Positions 17,184-26,004 of a DNA stretch of 64,000 bases are shown here, piece after piece. The stretch lies in assembly GCA_036377235.1 (NCBI GenBank), contig DASUYU010000080.1:7797-71796 (forward strand), written 5' to 3'. Position numbers and translations under genes: made by a program. Under the pieces are notes generated by a model. That model saw nothing but the letters and a program-made list of their open reading frames with translations. It was not told the DNA's origin and ran no database searches. How positions within the stretch are numbered: the stretch's first letter is position 1; each line of letters starts with the position of its first letter. This stretch comes from Thermoleophilaceae bacterium. GTDB lineage: Bacteria > Actinomycetota > Thermoleophilia > Solirubrobacterales > Thermoleophilaceae.

Positions 17184-17604
17184 CCTCGTCCACCTCGTCG
17201 CCCACGGCGATCGTGCCGGGCTGGACGATGTCGGCGCGCAGGCCCGCGCGGTGGACCATGCCCTTCAGGACGCCCGGGTGCGTGAGGCTCTGGATGTGGT
17301 TGCACGGCTCGCACCACTCGACCCCGACGGCCTCCACGCCGCCCACCCGGAAGCGCTTGTTCAGCAGGTCGTTCAGCCTCACGCCCGTGGTGAGCACCTG
17401 GCGGCGGATCTCGGCGTGGCTCAGCTGGATGCCGGTCTCCTCGGTGAACGCCTCGAGCGCCTCCGCCTCGACGAGCGTGATGTCGCCGCGGCCGAAGTAG
17501 CGGTCGCCCGCCAGGCCCTCGCCGGTCACCTCGACCGAGTCGACCGGCTCCGGGAGCTGCTCGTGCTCGGGGGCGATTCGGATGGCTTCGACTCGTCCAG
17601 GCAT
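17164..17604 (-). CDS. MOSC domain-containing protein
   Basis: Motifs: GLAGDRYFG, ITLVEAEALE, RRQVLTTGV, CEPCNHI are MOSC-like. Confidence 0.75.
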   Translation of the reverse strand: MPGRVEAIRIAPEHEQLPEPVDSVEVTGEGLAGDRYFGRGDITLVEAEALEAFTEETGIQLSHAEIRRQVLTTGVRLNDLLNKRFRVGGVEAVGVEWCEPCNHIQSLTHPGVLKGMVHRAGLRADIVQPGTIAVGDEVDEVRDAAA

Positions 17605-17632
17605 GTCGCACCAGGGTAGCCTGCCTCACTCC

Positions 17633-18271
17633 ATGCGCATCCTCGAAGAGGTGGTCGAGAGCTATCTGCACGACCTGCGGCCGGAGCGGTCGCCGGTCAT
17701 GCGCGAGATGGAGGAGCACGCCGAGCGCGGCGGGATCCCGATCGTCCACTGGGAGACCGGCCGGCTCCTCGCCGTGCTGTGCCGTGTGCTCGACCCGGTG
17801 GTGCTCGAGGTGGGCACCGCGATCGGCTACTCGACGCTCCACATGGCCGAGCAACTCGAGAACGGCCGCGTGATCACGCTCGAGCGCGACCCCGAGCGGG
17901 CCGCCCAGGCGCGCGGCTACCTCGAGCGAGGCGGCGCTGCCGACCGGGTCGAGATCGTGGAGGGCGACGCGCTCGAGACGCTCCCGGGCCTCGACGGCCC
18001 CTTCGACCTGCTCTTCGTGGACGCGAGCAAGGGCGAATACGCGCGCTACATCGAGCTGGCCGAGCCGAAGCTCTCCGAGCGCGCCCTGATGGTGGTGGAC
18101 AACCTGCTGATGAGCGGTGAGGTGGCCCTGCCCGAGGGCGCGGAGACGCGCTGGAACGCCGACTCGCTGGCGTCGGCGCGCCGGCTGAACTCGGACCTGA
18201 TCGGCTCGGGCGACTGGCTCGCCTGCGTGCTGCCCGTGGGCGACGGGATCGGCGTCGCCGCCCGCCGCTGA
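17633..18271 (+). CDS. Class I SAM-dependent O-methyltransferase (family 3, caffeoyl-CoA OMT-like)
   Basis: Starts at ATG 17633: MRILEEVVESYL...VLEVGTAIGYSTL...LLFVDASKGEYARY...VVDNLLMSG. Confidence 0.85.
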   Translation: MRILEEVVESYLHDLRPERSPVMREMEEHAERGGIPIVHWETGRLLAVLCRVLDPVVLEVGTAIGYSTLHMAEQLENGRVITLERDPERAAQARGYLERGGAADRVEIVEGDALETLPGLDGPFDLLFVDASKGEYARYIELAEPKLSERALMVVDNLLMSGEVALPEGAETRWNADSLASARRLNSDLIGSGDWLACVLPVGDGIGVAARR

Positions 18272-18281
18272 CCGCCGGCCG

Positions 18282-19166
18282 CTAGCCGACGACCGGGATG
18301 CTGCGCTCGTCGTCGAGCCTGTGGAGTGCCCGCTGCATGGCGCCCGTGACGCGCTCGTAGGCGTCGTCGGGGTCCCGGCCCTTCAGCTCGATCCTGGGGA
18401 GCACCCGCACCACGATCTTGGACGGAAGCGGGATGCGGCCCGGCAGGTCGAGCACCGTGATCCCGAACGGGGGCGCCACCTGCGCGGGGAACACCTTCAG
18501 CCTCAGCAGGCTGTCCAGCCGCAGAAGCTTGGAGATCTTCCGGCCCTGGCCGAGGAACAGCGCGGTCTCCTGCCCGCCGATCGCCACCACCGGCACGATC
18601 GGCACGCCGTGCTCGATGGCCAACCGCGCGAAGCCCGTCCTGCCCGCGAAGTCGATCTTCGCCGACTCCCAGCTTGGCCTGTACGTCTCGTGGTCCCCGC
18701 CCGGGTACACGAGCAGCGCGGCGTCGCGCTCGAGCGCGCTCGCCATGTTCTCCGGCGACGCCGGCACGGTCCCGTACCGCGACAGGCTCGCCCGTGCGCC
18801 CGGGACCTGGAAGACGAGATCGTGAGCGAGCTGGTGGAAGCGCCGCAGCGGCCCGAAGTGGTCGTAGAACGCCTGCGCGAACACGAACGTGTCGGCGATC
18901 AGGGTGCCGCCGGAGTGGTTCCCCACGAGCAGGACCGGGCCCTTCTCGGGGATGTTGTCGAGCCCGCGCACCTCGGCCCGGAAATACAGCTTCGACATCG
19001 CCCGCAGAGCGGGGAGCGTGGTCCGGATGTAGTGCGGATCCCACGCGTCGAGCCAGTCGTCCGGCCGGCTCGTCATCCGCACGACGTCGCCGCCTCCCAC
19101 GGCCGCCATCCGCGCCGCGCCGGCGATCGTGGCCACGACCTGCTCCGCAAACGACTCTTGCGCCAT
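18282..19166 (-). CDS. Lysophospholipid/glycerolipid acyltransferase family protein (PlsC-like)
   Basis: Motifs: GLDNIPEKGPVLLVGNHSGGTLIAD, VYPGGDHE, FARLAIEHGVPIVPV. Confidence 0.75.
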   Translation of the reverse strand: MAQESFAEQVVATIAGAARMAAVGGGDVVRMTSRPDDWLDAWDPHYIRTTLPALRAMSKLYFRAEVRGLDNIPEKGPVLLVGNHSGGTLIADTFVFAQAFYDHFGPLRRFHQLAHDLVFQVPGARASLSRYGTVPASPENMASALERDAALLVYPGGDHETYRPSWESAKIDFAGRTGFARLAIEHGVPIVPVVAIGGQETALFLGQGRKISKLLRLDSLLRLKVFPAQVAPPFGITVLDLPGRIPLPSKIVVRVLPRIELKGRDPDDAYERVTGAMQRALHRLDDERSIPVVG

Positions 19167-19207
19167 ACGGCTGGCTATACCCGCGCCGGGGTCGGCATGA
19201 TCCGGTT

Positions 19208-19576
19208 ATGCGCCTCCTCCTCATCGTGTTCGCCGCCGGCCAGCTCCTGCTCGGCCTGCTGCTCTGGCTGACGCCCGGCTTCTTCTACGACGAGATCGGC
19301 CCCTATCCGCCCCGGAACGACCACTACATGGCCGACCTCGCGACGTTCTACCTCGCGCTCGGGGCGGTCGCGCTCGCGTCTGTGTCGCGCGAGCGCTGGC
19401 GCGTGCCCGTCCTCACCCTCGCCCTGATCCAGTACGGCCTGCACTCGCTGAACCACCTGATCGACATCGGCGACTCGCACCCGGGCTGGCTCGGGCCCGC
19501 GAACTTCGTCTCGCTGCTGCTCACGACCGTCCTGCTCGGCTGGATGCTCACGCGCGAGCGCGAGCCGGCGCGATGA
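19208..19576 (+). CDS. Small integral membrane protein (4 predicted TM), hypothetical
   Basis: ATG 19208 within ORF 18674..19576: MRLLLIVFAAGQLLLGLLLWL... An ATGA overlap connects it to the downstream epimerase gene. Confidence 0.6.
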   Translation: MRLLLIVFAAGQLLLGLLLWLTPGFFYDEIGPYPPRNDHYMADLATFYLALGAVALASVSRERWRVPVLTLALIQYGLHSLNHLIDIGDSHPGWLGPANFVSLLLTTVLLGWMLTREREPAR

Positions 19577-20508
19577 GGGTCTTCGTCGCGGGCGCGAGCG
19601 GCGCGATCGGGCGCCCGCTCGTGCCGAAGCTGATCGCCGCCGGTCACGAGGTCACCGGCACCACCCGCTCGGAGGAGCGCGCGGAGGCGATCCGCGCCGC
19701 GGGCGCGACCGCGGCCGTGGTGGACGTGTTCGACGCCGCGAGCCTTCGCGCCGCGGCGGAGGCGGCGCGGCCGGAGGCGCTGGTGCACGAGCTCACCTCG
19801 CTCCCCGATCGGCTCGACTTCCGCAAGGAGGGCATCTACGAGCCGACCAACCGAGTGCGCACGGAGGGCACGCGGATCCTGCTCGAGGCGGCCCGGGCCG
19901 CCGGGGCGCGCCGCTTCGTGTGCCAGAGCATCGCCTTCGCGTACAGGCCCGAGGGCGCGCGCGTGAAGACGGAGGATGACCCGCTGATGCACGACATACC
20001 CGGCAACTTCGGCAGCGGAGTAAGGGCGCTGAACGAGATGGAGGTGGCGGTGCTCGGGGCCGAGGGGCTCGAGGGCGTCGTCCTTCGGTACGGCTTCTTC
20101 TACGGGCCGGGCACCTACTACGCCGAGGACGGCACCACCACCGCCGAGGTGAGGCGGCGGCGCATGCCGGTCGTCGGGAAGGGGACCGGCCTGTTCTCGT
20201 TCGTGCACGTCGACGACGCCGCCGACGCGACGGTGGCGGCCGTCGAGCGCGGCGGGCCCGGCGTCTACAACGTCACCGACGACGAGCCCGCCCCAATGCG
20301 CGAGTGGCTGCCGGTGTTCGCCGACGCCGCGGGCGCGAAGCGGCCGTTCCGCGTGCCGGTGTGGCTCGCGCGATTCGTGGGCGGCCGCGAGGTGCCCACC
20401 TTCGCGCTCGAGCTGCGCGGGGCCTCCAACGAGAAGGCGAAGCGCGAGCTGGGCTGGCAGCCGGCCCACCCCACGTGGCGCACGGGCTTCGCCGAGGCGC
20501 TCGGATGA
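19573..20508 (+). CDS. NAD(P)-dependent epimerase/dehydratase-family (atypical SDR) oxidoreductase
   Basis: MRVFVAGASGAIGRPLVPKLIAAGHEV is a Rossmann motif. VHVDDAAD is also present. Confidence 0.85.
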   Translation: MRVFVAGASGAIGRPLVPKLIAAGHEVTGTTRSEERAEAIRAAGATAAVVDVFDAASLRAAAEAARPEALVHELTSLPDRLDFRKEGIYEPTNRVRTEGTRILLEAARAAGARRFVCQSIAFAYRPEGARVKTEDDPLMHDIPGNFGSGVRALNEMEVAVLGAEGLEGVVLRYGFFYGPGTYYAEDGTTTAEVRRRRMPVVGKGTGLFSFVHVDDAADATVAAVERGGPGVYNVTDDEPAPMREWLPVFADAAGAKRPFRVPVWLARFVGGREVPTFALELRGASNEKAKRELGWQPAHPTWRTGFAEALG

Positions 20509-20930
20509 GCGCCTACCGCGAGCAGGCGCATCTGGACGCGCCGCTCGAGGACGTCTGGGCGCTCGTGGGAACCCCCACGCGCCACCCTGAGTGGTGGCCG
20601 CGCGTCGTGGAGGTCCGCGGCGAGCGCTTCGACCAGGGCGACCAGTACGCCCAGGTGGTCAGGGGCCCCATGGGGCAGTCGGAGTCGAACTTCCTGATCG
20701 AACGGCGCGACGACCTCCGCGGGGTGCGGATGGCGTGCCAGCTGACGGGCATGTACGCGGACTGGCTGCTCACGCCCGCACAGGGCGGCACGTTCGTGGA
20801 GCTCGAGATGGGCATTCTTCCGCGCCGCGCCGGCGACCGGCTGTTCGACCGCACGCTCGCCAAGCCCTACTTCAGGCGCTGGGCCGGCGACTCGATCGAC
20901 GGCCTGCGGCACGCGCTCGGCTGCGACTAG
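20505..20930 (+). CDS. SRPBCC (START/polyketide-cyclase-like) family protein
   Basis: ATG 20505 (ATGA overlap): MSAYREQAHLDAPLEDVWALVGTPTRHPEWWP is a typical SRPBCC N-terminus. Confidence 0.75.
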   Translation: MSAYREQAHLDAPLEDVWALVGTPTRHPEWWPRVVEVRGERFDQGDQYAQVVRGPMGQSESNFLIERRDDLRGVRMACQLTGMYADWLLTPAQGGTFVELEMGILPRRAGDRLFDRTLAKPYFRRWAGDSIDGLRHALGCD

Positions 20931-20943
20931 CGTCGCCCTCTGA

Positions 20944-21996
20944 TCAGAGGTCCGCGTCGTCGATCTCGATCCCGGCGGCGCGGTACTGCTCGATCATCAT
21001 CTTCCGCATCGCCGGATCCTGGACGAACCGGAGCGCCTGCTTCGCGCTCTGAATCAGCATGTCGTGCGCCGCGCCCTGCTGGGGCATCCCCGGCGCCGGT
21101 GTGGTCGGCGGGACCGATGGCATCGGCGGCGGGGCCTTGGCGATCGCCTCCTGGACCTGCTCCATCATCCCGCGCTCGAGCTCCGCGGCCTGCGCCCCTG
21201 AAGCAGCGAGGCTGTCGCTCATTCGCTGGCCCACCTGATCCAGGACCGACGGCAGCTCATCCCACAGGATCTCCACCTCGTTCGCGTTCGTGTCCGAGAC
21301 CAGGGCGGGGAGGCCGGAGCGGGCCACGTCGGCACGCATCCGGGGGTGCTTCAGCTTCGGCATCAGCACCGCGTATGGCTCCCTCCCGGGAACGTTCACC
21401 GCCAGCACCGTCTTTCGCCTGCCGGAGGTGGTGATGTCCGTTCCGCCGCCCCCATCGGGCTGTCTCGGCACGACGCTGGCCGTGATCGCCGAGACCAGCG
21501 CCACCGCGCGAGTCTTCCCGGGCGGGGCGGGCTCGCGGGCCGCGCGCTCGAGGTGCTCGCCGAACCGGTCGGGGGTCGCGGCCCGCTTGGCCTCCTCGGC
21601 GCTGGCGAGCACCCCACCGATGCCGTCCGGAAGCGGCCCCAGGTGCTTCGACCCCATCACCCCGGCGGCCTCGAGCGCCTCCGTCACCCGCCGCCTGGCT
21701 CCCCTGGGGTCGGCGAGGGCAGGGTCGTTAGCGGCCACGCGCTCCTCGATGCTCGGCACGCCGGCCCAGTCGATCTCGAACTCGTCGGGGCGGTCCGCGT
21801 CGATCTTCACCGGCACCTTCATCCCCGCGACGAGCCAGTGGCTCTCGTCCAGGCGAAAGCGCCGCGCCACGTAGATGGGCTCGGATCCCTCTGCGACGAG
21901 GATCCGCACGTTGCCCTCGTAGTGCCGCCCCCGCGACCATCGGGAGGCGTTGTCGATCGGCGCGTCGGCGGCGACGACCAATGCTGTCGTCAGCAC
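20944..21996 (-). CDS. Hypothetical protein with an internal domain duplication and a Pro-rich C-terminal linker
   Basis: GTG 21996 is preceded by an AGGA. The two related ~60-aa modules end in EFEIDWAGVPS and EVEILWDELPS. No recognisable family. Confidence 0.55.
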   Translation of the reverse strand: MLTTALVVAADAPIDNASRWSRGRHYEGNVRILVAEGSEPIYVARRFRLDESHWLVAGMKVPVKIDADRPDEFEIDWAGVPSIEERVAANDPALADPRGARRRVTEALEAAGVMGSKHLGPLPDGIGGVLASAEEAKRAATPDRFGEHLERAAREPAPPGKTRAVALVSAITASVVPRQPDGGGGTDITTSGRRKTVLAVNVPGREPYAVLMPKLKHPRMRADVARSGLPALVSDTNANEVEILWDELPSVLDQVGQRMSDSLAASGAQAAELERGMMEQVQEAIAKAPPPMPSVPPTTPAPGMPQQGAAHDMLIQSAKQALRFVQDPAMRKMMIEQYRAAGIEIDDADL

Positions 21997-22013
21997 GCGT
22001 CCGATCCTAACCG

Positions 22014-22241
22014 CTACCCGTATTGGCCGATAGCGATTACGAACACCCCGCTGCCGACCATAACCACGAGCACGCCTATCGCGATCAGCAGGCGGGTGCG
22101 CGTCATGTGGCCCAGCAGGGCGATGCCGAACCCCACCCCCATCAGCACGAACGAGGTGGTGAGGAGCGACTCGAGATCGCCCGGACCTTCGTCTCCCAGG
22201 CCGGGCAGGCCTGGGATGTTCACGGCGAGGGCGGCGAGCAC
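22014..22241 (-). CDS. Small 2-TM membrane protein, hypothetical
   Basis: 75 aa with high GC3 and two hydrophobic helices. It lies immediately upstream of 20944..21996 on the same strand. Confidence 0.5.
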   Translation of the reverse strand: MLAALAVNIPGLPGLGDEGPGDLESLLTTSFVLMGVGFGIALLGHMTRTRLLIAIGVLVVMVGSGVFVIAIGQYG

Positions 22242-22267
22242 GGGGGCGAAAGTATCCTTCGTCGCGG

Positions 22268-23164
22268 ATGAGCGGTGAGTTCACGAGCATCGACGACGCC
22301 CGCGCACGCCTCGGAGAGGTGGGCTACCTGGCCGACGAGCCGGCGTCGCTCGTGTCGTTCCTGGCGGGCCGGCTGGGCAAGCCGGTGCTCGTCGAGGGCC
22401 CCGCGGGCGTGGGCAAGACCGAGCTGGCCAAGGCCGTGTCGCGCGCGACCGGCCGCAAGCTGATCCGGCTCCAGTGCTACGAGGGCCTCGACGAGGCCAA
22501 GGCGCTGTACGAGTGGAACTACCGCAAGCAGCTGCTGCGGATCCAGACCGAGGCCGCCGACACCGGCTGGCAGGAGGTCAAGGACGACATCTTCGGCGAG
22601 GAGTTCATGCTCGCCCGGCCGCTGCTCACCGCGATCACCGCCGAGGAGCCCGTCGTGCTGCTGATAGACGAGATCGACAAGACAGACCAGGAGTTCGAGG
22701 CGCTGCTGCTCGAGGTGCTGTCGGACTTCCAGATCTCGATCCCGGAGATGGGTGTGGTCGAGGCGCGCACGCGGCCGCTGGTCCTGCTCACCTCGAACAA
22801 CTCGCGCGAGCTCACCGAGGCGCTGAAGCGGCGCTGCCTGTACCTGTGGCTCGACTACCCGACCGTCGAGCGCGAGCTCGAGATCGTGCATCTGCACGCG
22901 CCGGAGCTCGACCAGGCCGTGGCGCGCAAGCTGGTCGAGGTGATCCACATGGTGCGCTCGCTCGACCTGAAGAAGCCGCCCTCGATCGCGGAGTCGATCG
23001 ACTGGGCGCGCGCCCTGCTCCTGCTCGGCGCCGAGGACGTGGACCAGGCGGTGCTCGAGCGCACGATGTCGATCATCATCAAGCACCGCACCGACCTCGA
23101 CCTGGTGGCTGAGCGCGTGGGAGTGAAGCTCGGCGATGGCGTCTTCGGACGGCAGGCGGGCTAA
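22268..23164 (+). CDS. MoxR-family AAA+ ATPase (CoxD-like, AAA_5)
   Basis: Walker A GPAGVGKTELAKA, then LQCYEGLDEAKALYEWNY, Walker B VLLIDEIDK, and LLTSNNSRELTEALKRRC. Confidence 0.9.
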   Translation: MSGEFTSIDDARARLGEVGYLADEPASLVSFLAGRLGKPVLVEGPAGVGKTELAKAVSRATGRKLIRLQCYEGLDEAKALYEWNYRKQLLRIQTEAADTGWQEVKDDIFGEEFMLARPLLTAITAEEPVVLLIDEIDKTDQEFEALLLEVLSDFQISIPEMGVVEARTRPLVLLTSNNSRELTEALKRRCLYLWLDYPTVERELEIVHLHAPELDQAVARKLVEVIHMVRSLDLKKPPSIAESIDWARALLLLGAEDVDQAVLERTMSIIIKHRTDLDLVAERVGVKLGDGVFGRQAG

Positions 23165-23210
23165 CCCCGCCCTGTACGGCGGCGTGCCCGCCGCGAAGGG
23201 GCCCGCCGGC

Positions 23211-24551
23211 ATGGCCCCGCGGCTGCTCGAGTTCGCCGACGAGCTGCGCGGCGAGGGCGTGGCGGTCGGCACGTCCGAGCTGCTCGACGCCTTCGAGGCG
23301 CTCGACGCGGTGAGCTGGACCTCGCAGGAGGACTTCCGCGAGGCGCTCGCGACCACGCTCGCCAAGTCGCAGGAGGACCGGCACGTGCTCGACGTGCTGT
23401 TCGACCGCTTCTTCTTCCGCGCCGTCGAGCGCGAGGCGCTCGAGCAGAACCTGGCGGAGGAGCGCTTCCAAGGCGGAGACAACCTCGACCTCGATGCGCT
23501 TCGCGAGCGCATCCGCGAGGCGATCCGGGCCGGCTCGGACGGTGAGATGCGCGACCTGGCGCGGCTCGCCATCGCCGCCTTCGGGCGCCAGGGCGAGGGC
23601 TCGGGCGTGATCGGCGTGGACGTGCAGCGGATCCGCCGGACGCTGGGGCTGAAGGGCGAGAAGCAGGGCGCCGAGCTGCCCGATCCGGACAGCGTGCCGC
23701 GCGACCGGCTCCAGGAGTTCGAGCGCCACGTGCGGCGGGAGCTCGAGCGCCAGATGATCGAGCGCACGCGGGCGCTGCCGCCCGCCAAGCCACTCCGCGA
23801 GCTGGACCGCGCGCTGCCGTCGAACCCCGCCCAGGACCTCTCTCAGGTGCACCGCACGGTGGCCCAGCTGAAGAAGCGGCTCGCCTCGCACGGCCGTGAG
23901 CACCGCGGCAGGCGGCGGTCGTGGCAGGTGGACGTGCGCCGCACGATGCGCGCCTCGCTCCAGACGGGCGGCGTGCCGCTCGACCTGAAGTACCGCCCCC
24001 GGCGGCCGCGCCGGCCCGAGCTGTACGTGCTGTGCGACGTGTCGACCAGCGTGACCAGCGCCAGCGTGTTCTTCCTGTCCGTGCTACACGCGCTCCACGA
24101 CCAGTTCCGCAAGCTGCGCTCGTTCGTGTTCGTCGAGCGGATCTCCGAGGTCACGGACGTATTCGAGCGGGAGCGCTCGTTCGCGGCGGTGTCGCGCAAG
24201 ATCGCCACTGACGCGGGCGTGGCCGACGTGTCGGGCTACACCGACTACGGCCGCGTCTGGGTCGAGTTCCTCGACAAGGTGGTGGACGACCTCGACCCGC
24301 GGTCCACGGTGATCGTGCTCGGCGACGCCCGCACGAACGGCCGCGAGCCGCACGCGCAGGTGTTCGGCCACGTGGCGGAGCGGGCGGGCCGTACCTTCTG
24401 GATCAACCCGGAGCCGCGCCTGTACTGGAACTACGGCGACTCCGTGATGTCGGCCTACGAGCCGTTCTGCGACGGTGTATTCGAGTGCTGGACCACGAAG
24501 CAGCTGGAGGCGTTCGTGAACGCGGTGGCGGATCTGCACGCGGTGGCGTGA
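23211..24551 (+). CDS. VWA domain-containing CoxE-like protein
   Basis: Sequence: MAPRLLEFADELRGEGVAVGTSE..., LYVLCDVSTSV (MIDAS-like), VIVLGDARTNG, FWINPEP..YWNYGDS. An ATG at 23136 is an alternative start. Confidence 0.85.
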   Translation: MAPRLLEFADELRGEGVAVGTSELLDAFEALDAVSWTSQEDFREALATTLAKSQEDRHVLDVLFDRFFFRAVEREALEQNLAEERFQGGDNLDLDALRERIREAIRAGSDGEMRDLARLAIAAFGRQGEGSGVIGVDVQRIRRTLGLKGEKQGAELPDPDSVPRDRLQEFERHVRRELERQMIERTRALPPAKPLRELDRALPSNPAQDLSQVHRTVAQLKKRLASHGREHRGRRRSWQVDVRRTMRASLQTGGVPLDLKYRPRRPRRPELYVLCDVSTSVTSASVFFLSVLHALHDQFRKLRSFVFVERISEVTDVFERERSFAAVSRKIATDAGVADVSGYTDYGRVWVEFLDKVVDDLDPRSTVIVLGDARTNGREPHAQVFGHVAERAGRTFWINPEPRLYWNYGDSVMSAYEPFCDGVFECWTTKQLEAFVNAVADLHAVA

Positions 24552-25255
24552 CGGATCCCGTATCGCTCGCGAACGTCACGCGCAGATACCCAAAGGTCAC
24601 TGCCCTCGAGGGGGTCGACCTGACGGTCGCGCACGACGAGGTGGTGGCCGTCGTTGGGCCGTCGGGGTGCGGCAAGTCCACGCTGCTCGAGCTGATCGCG
24701 GGGCTCCAGGCGCCGGACGAGGGCACCGTGACCGCGGCGGAGGCCTCGTACATGCCCCAGCGGGACCTGCTTCTGCCGTGGCGCACCGCCCTCGCCAACG
24801 CCGCACTGGCGCTCGAGTGCCAGGGCGTGCCGCGGTCGGAGGCGCGCCGGCGCGCGGAGCCGCTGTTCGAGCGGTTCGGCCTGGCCGAGTTCGAGACGGC
24901 CCGGCCCGCTGAGCTGTCGGGCGGCATGCGCCAGCGTGTGGCGTTCCTGCGGACCCTGCTGCCCGGCCGGCCGGTGCTGCTGCTGGACGAGCCGTTCGGC
25001 TCGCTGGACTCGATCACGCGCGCGTCGATGCAGCGGTGGCTCGCGGATGCGCTCTCGCGGGAGCCGCGGACGGTCGTCCTCGTCACGCACGACGTCGACG
25101 AGGCGCTGTTCCTCGCGAACCGAGTCGTCGTGCTCTCGCCGCGTCCGGGACGCGTGGTGGCCGACATCGAGGTGGACATCGACCGTCCGCGCGACGTGAC
25201 GAGCCCGGAGTTCGGCGCCATCAAGCGCCGCGCGCTGGAGGCGCTCGGAATATGA
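24548..25255 (+). CDS. ABC transporter ATP-binding protein (NitT/TauT aliphatic sulfonate/nitrate/HMP family)
   Basis: GTG 24548 forms a GTGA overlap with the CoxE-like stop. Walker A GPSGCGKST, signature LSGGMRQRV, Walker B LLLDEPFGSLD. Confidence 0.9.
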   Translation: MTDPVSLANVTRRYPKVTALEGVDLTVAHDEVVAVVGPSGCGKSTLLELIAGLQAPDEGTVTAAEASYMPQRDLLLPWRTALANAALALECQGVPRSEARRRAEPLFERFGLAEFETARPAELSGGMRQRVAFLRTLLPGRPVLLLDEPFGSLDSITRASMQRWLADALSREPRTVVLVTHDVDEALFLANRVVVLSPRPGRVVADIEVDIDRPRDVTSPEFGAIKRRALEALGI

Positions 25256-26004
25256 GGAGGTACCTGGGAGCCGCCGCACTGCTCGTCCTGTTCGTCCTCG
25301 CCTGGCAGGGCGTGGCCTCGCTCCACTCGGTTGACGACCTGACGCTCGCGTCGCCGGTCGAGACGTTCGACGCGCTCCGCGACGACTGGTCGCTCCTCAT
25401 CGACAACGCCGCCACGACGCTGGTGGAGGTCGTGCTCGGGCTCGGGATCGCCACGGTCTTCGGCGTGACCTTCGCGGTCGCCATGCACCTGTTCCGCCCG
25501 CTCCGCGACGCCGCCTACCCGCTGCTCGTGGCCTCCCAGGCGATCCCGATCGTGGTGCTCGCGCCGATCTTCATCCTCGCGTTCGACTACGGCATCGGCC
25601 CGAAGCTCGCCATCGTCGCGCTCATCTGCTTCTTCCCGATCACGGTCAACCTGCTCGACGGCCTGCGCTCCGTGGAGCCCGAGCTGCTCAAGCTGATGCG
25701 CAGCATGGGCGCCTCCCGCGCGCGGACGCTCGGGTCCGCCGAGCTGCCCTCCGCGCTGCCCTTCCTGTTCAGTGGATTGAAGGTGGCCGCTACGGTGTCG
25801 GTCATCGGAGCCGTCTTCGGCGAATGGGCCGGGGCGGATGAGGGCCTCGGCCGTCTGGTGCTGCTTGGCAACACTCAGCTCCAGACGCCGCGCGTCTACG
25901 CCGGGATCGTCCTTCTGACGCTCATGGCGGTGGCGTTGTTTTGCCTCGTCGCCCTGGCGGAACGATTTGCGTGTCCGTGGAATCGAAAGGAACAGCCCGT
26001 ATGA
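25252..26004 (+). CDS. ABC transporter permease (NitT/TauT family)
   Basis: ATG 25252 (ATGA overlap): MRRYLGAAALLVLFVLAW. About 6 TM segments with an EAA-like loop (SMGASRARTL). Confidence 0.88.
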   Translation: MRRYLGAAALLVLFVLAWQGVASLHSVDDLTLASPVETFDALRDDWSLLIDNAATTLVEVVLGLGIATVFGVTFAVAMHLFRPLRDAAYPLLVASQAIPIVVLAPIFILAFDYGIGPKLAIVALICFFPITVNLLDGLRSVEPELLKLMRSMGASRARTLGSAELPSALPFLFSGLKVAATVSVIGAVFGEWAGADEGLGRLVLLGNTQLQTPRVYAGIVLLTLMAVALFCLVALAERFACPWNRKEQPV

